A stretch of DNA of 62,889 bases, filler included, from Trichomonas gallinae (Eukaryota), in the NCBI GenBank assembly GCA_008369845.1. It is 8 parts of 8 records of this genome, joined end to end, with 100 filler letters (N's around TTAATTAATTAA, not from the genome) between each part and the next. Parts side by side here need not be neighbours in the genome. Positions count along the whole stretch, not along the records: positions 61,867 to 62,889 come from MRSU01001512.1; 7 more parts are not named here. One strand, written 5' to 3'. Shown one piece after another: positions 62,810 to 62,889 of this stretch; the stretch's first letter is position 1, and each line of letters opens with the position of its first letter. The notes below the pieces were generated by a model. It saw only the letters and a program-made list of their open reading frames with translations. It had not been told where the DNA came from and did not search any database. A program made the translations under genes and the position numbers.

Positions 62810-62889
62810 ATATTAATATGAAGTTGTAGTTTGAACATAAAAAGTGACAAATAAATAACTGTAAAAATTGACAAACTGTCACTTTTCAA
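62810..62889 (-). repeat. 80-bp inverted repeat, right copy
   Basis: Exact reverse complement of 61867-61946. Confidence 0.95.

Noticed and set aside
1..62889. Prokaryotic-type systems (CRISPR, operons, prophage) or Maverick/Polinton genes
   Set aside because: There are no repeat-spacer arrays and no integrase, DNA polymerase B, packaging ATPase, capsid or transposase motifs. Gene content is typical of trichomonad nuclear DNA.

Overview
This is AT-rich eukaryotic DNA from a trichomonad (Parabasalia, Trichomonas-like). The assignment rests on an IBP39-type initiator-binding-domain gene, DUF3447/ankyrin genes, a BspA-like LRR gene, expanded CAMK-like kinases, intronless genes, Inr/M3-like promoter motifs and stop codons that overlap TAAA. 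The window is not one continuous locus. It is 8 contigs (1-12852, 12953-28135, 28236-29421, 29522-30896, 30997-57284, 57385-59717, 59818-61766, 61867-62889) joined by artificial 100-nt N44-TTAATTAATTAA-N44 spacers, so adjacency across spacers means nothing. There are about 35 protein-coding genes or fragments and one partial tRNA-Lys(CTT). Recognisable products include MOB1, a bromodomain protein, two HAD hydrolases, a CARMIL-like LRR protein, an LRR-IQ protein, capping protein beta, an AEC/PIN-like transporter, CDP-DAG synthase and seven kinases. Most notable observations: (1) the last 1023-bp contig is bounded by a perfect 80-bp inverted repeat and holds a 5'-truncated F5/8-type-C gene plus a 31-bp TTAA-flanked mini-element; (2) one contig starts with a gene tail and ends with a Myb head, suggesting a collapsed tandem array; (3) a recurrent, clustered TGACATGTAA upstream motif; (4) a probably catalytically dead papain-fold protein; (5) a kinase cluster sharing a C-terminal motif and including a likely pseudokinase; (6) a small protein with a RAD51AP1-like tail. 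No complete new multi-gene system can be demonstrated from the sequence alone. All family calls come from motif recognition, not database searches.
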